A stretch of 64,000 nt of DNA from Rhizophagus irregularis (Eukaryota): assembly GCF_026210795.1 (NCBI RefSeq), contig NC_089434.1, positions 4,340,001 through 4,404,000 on the forward strand, given 5' to 3'. The stretch's first letter is position 1, and each line of letters opens with the position of its first letter. The notes beneath the pieces are model-generated. The model was not told the DNA's origin and searched no databases. It worked only from the letters and a program-made list of their open reading frames with translations. The position numbers and the translations under genes are program-made. Of this stretch, positions 63,468 through 64,000 are shown piece after piece.

Positions 63468-64000
63468 CACTAGTCGAAAAAGGAATATTCGGCCTTAATA
63501 CAATTTGGCCTATATTCGACTAGAATTAATAAAATTCGACTTCAATTAGTAAAGATCTACGATTAGACATATATTCAACCTAGTTGAATTATGTTAATCA
63601 AACGTTATGCATTACGCGATACGCGTATTAAAATAAAAGTTTAAAAAAGGATGATCCTTTTTTAAACTTTTTAATTTTCTTCCTTCCCTCCTCGCCCTTT
63701 CCCTTCCTTCGTTCCCCTTTTCCTTCGTTCCAGTTTCTCTTCTTCCCCTTTCCCTCCCTTCGTTCTCCTTTCCCTTCCTTCGCTTTTCCCTTCCTTACCC
63801 TTTCCCCTTTCCTTTCGTCACTTATCTCCTTCGAAGGTATACATATACCTTCGAATTTTTACTTTTTTTAACAAAACGTTTCACTAACATTTTCATTTTT
63901 TTCTTTTTTAGATTCAAAACGCCCATTTAAAAGGCTCGGGTGGGCTTCCGAAGTATGGAAAAACCAAGTTTCGTAAGTACGAAACTTGGTTTATTTATTT
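63468..64000. mobile_element. Left end of a further CACTA element interrupting the transposase
   Basis: cactagtcgaaaa starts exactly where transposase homology ends; subterminal attcgac/attcggc repeats; the other end lies outside the window. Confidence 0.7.

Overview
Very AT-rich eukaryotic DNA with short GT-AG introns. The gene families present (BTB-BACK-TLDc, F-box/LRR, TKL kinases, kinase-Sel1, SAM/Crinkler-like) suggest an arbuscular mycorrhizal fungus (Glomeromycotina, Rhizophagus-like); this is inference. The left half holds mostly broken genes and MITEs. The right half is a stack of nested transposons: a Tc1/pogo-type shell containing a tRNA-headed SINE-like insert and an Academ-like transposon, then a split CACTA transposase containing a satellite-bearing CACTG element, which contains a full-length 11.1-kb Ty3/Gypsy element. 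Two things stand out. (1) The apparent ~100-bp tandem repeat at 31.67-33.99 kb reads on the minus strand as an array of introns separated by 23 three-nucleotide micro-exons plus one 1-nt exon, inside a kinase gene; splicing them joins the flanking exons in frame without stops. (2) The Gypsy element carries a P-loop nucleotide-kinase-like domain fused after RNase H, an extra upstream ORF and a separately encoded integrase. Coordinates were read by eye and may be off by a few bases; no database searches were run.
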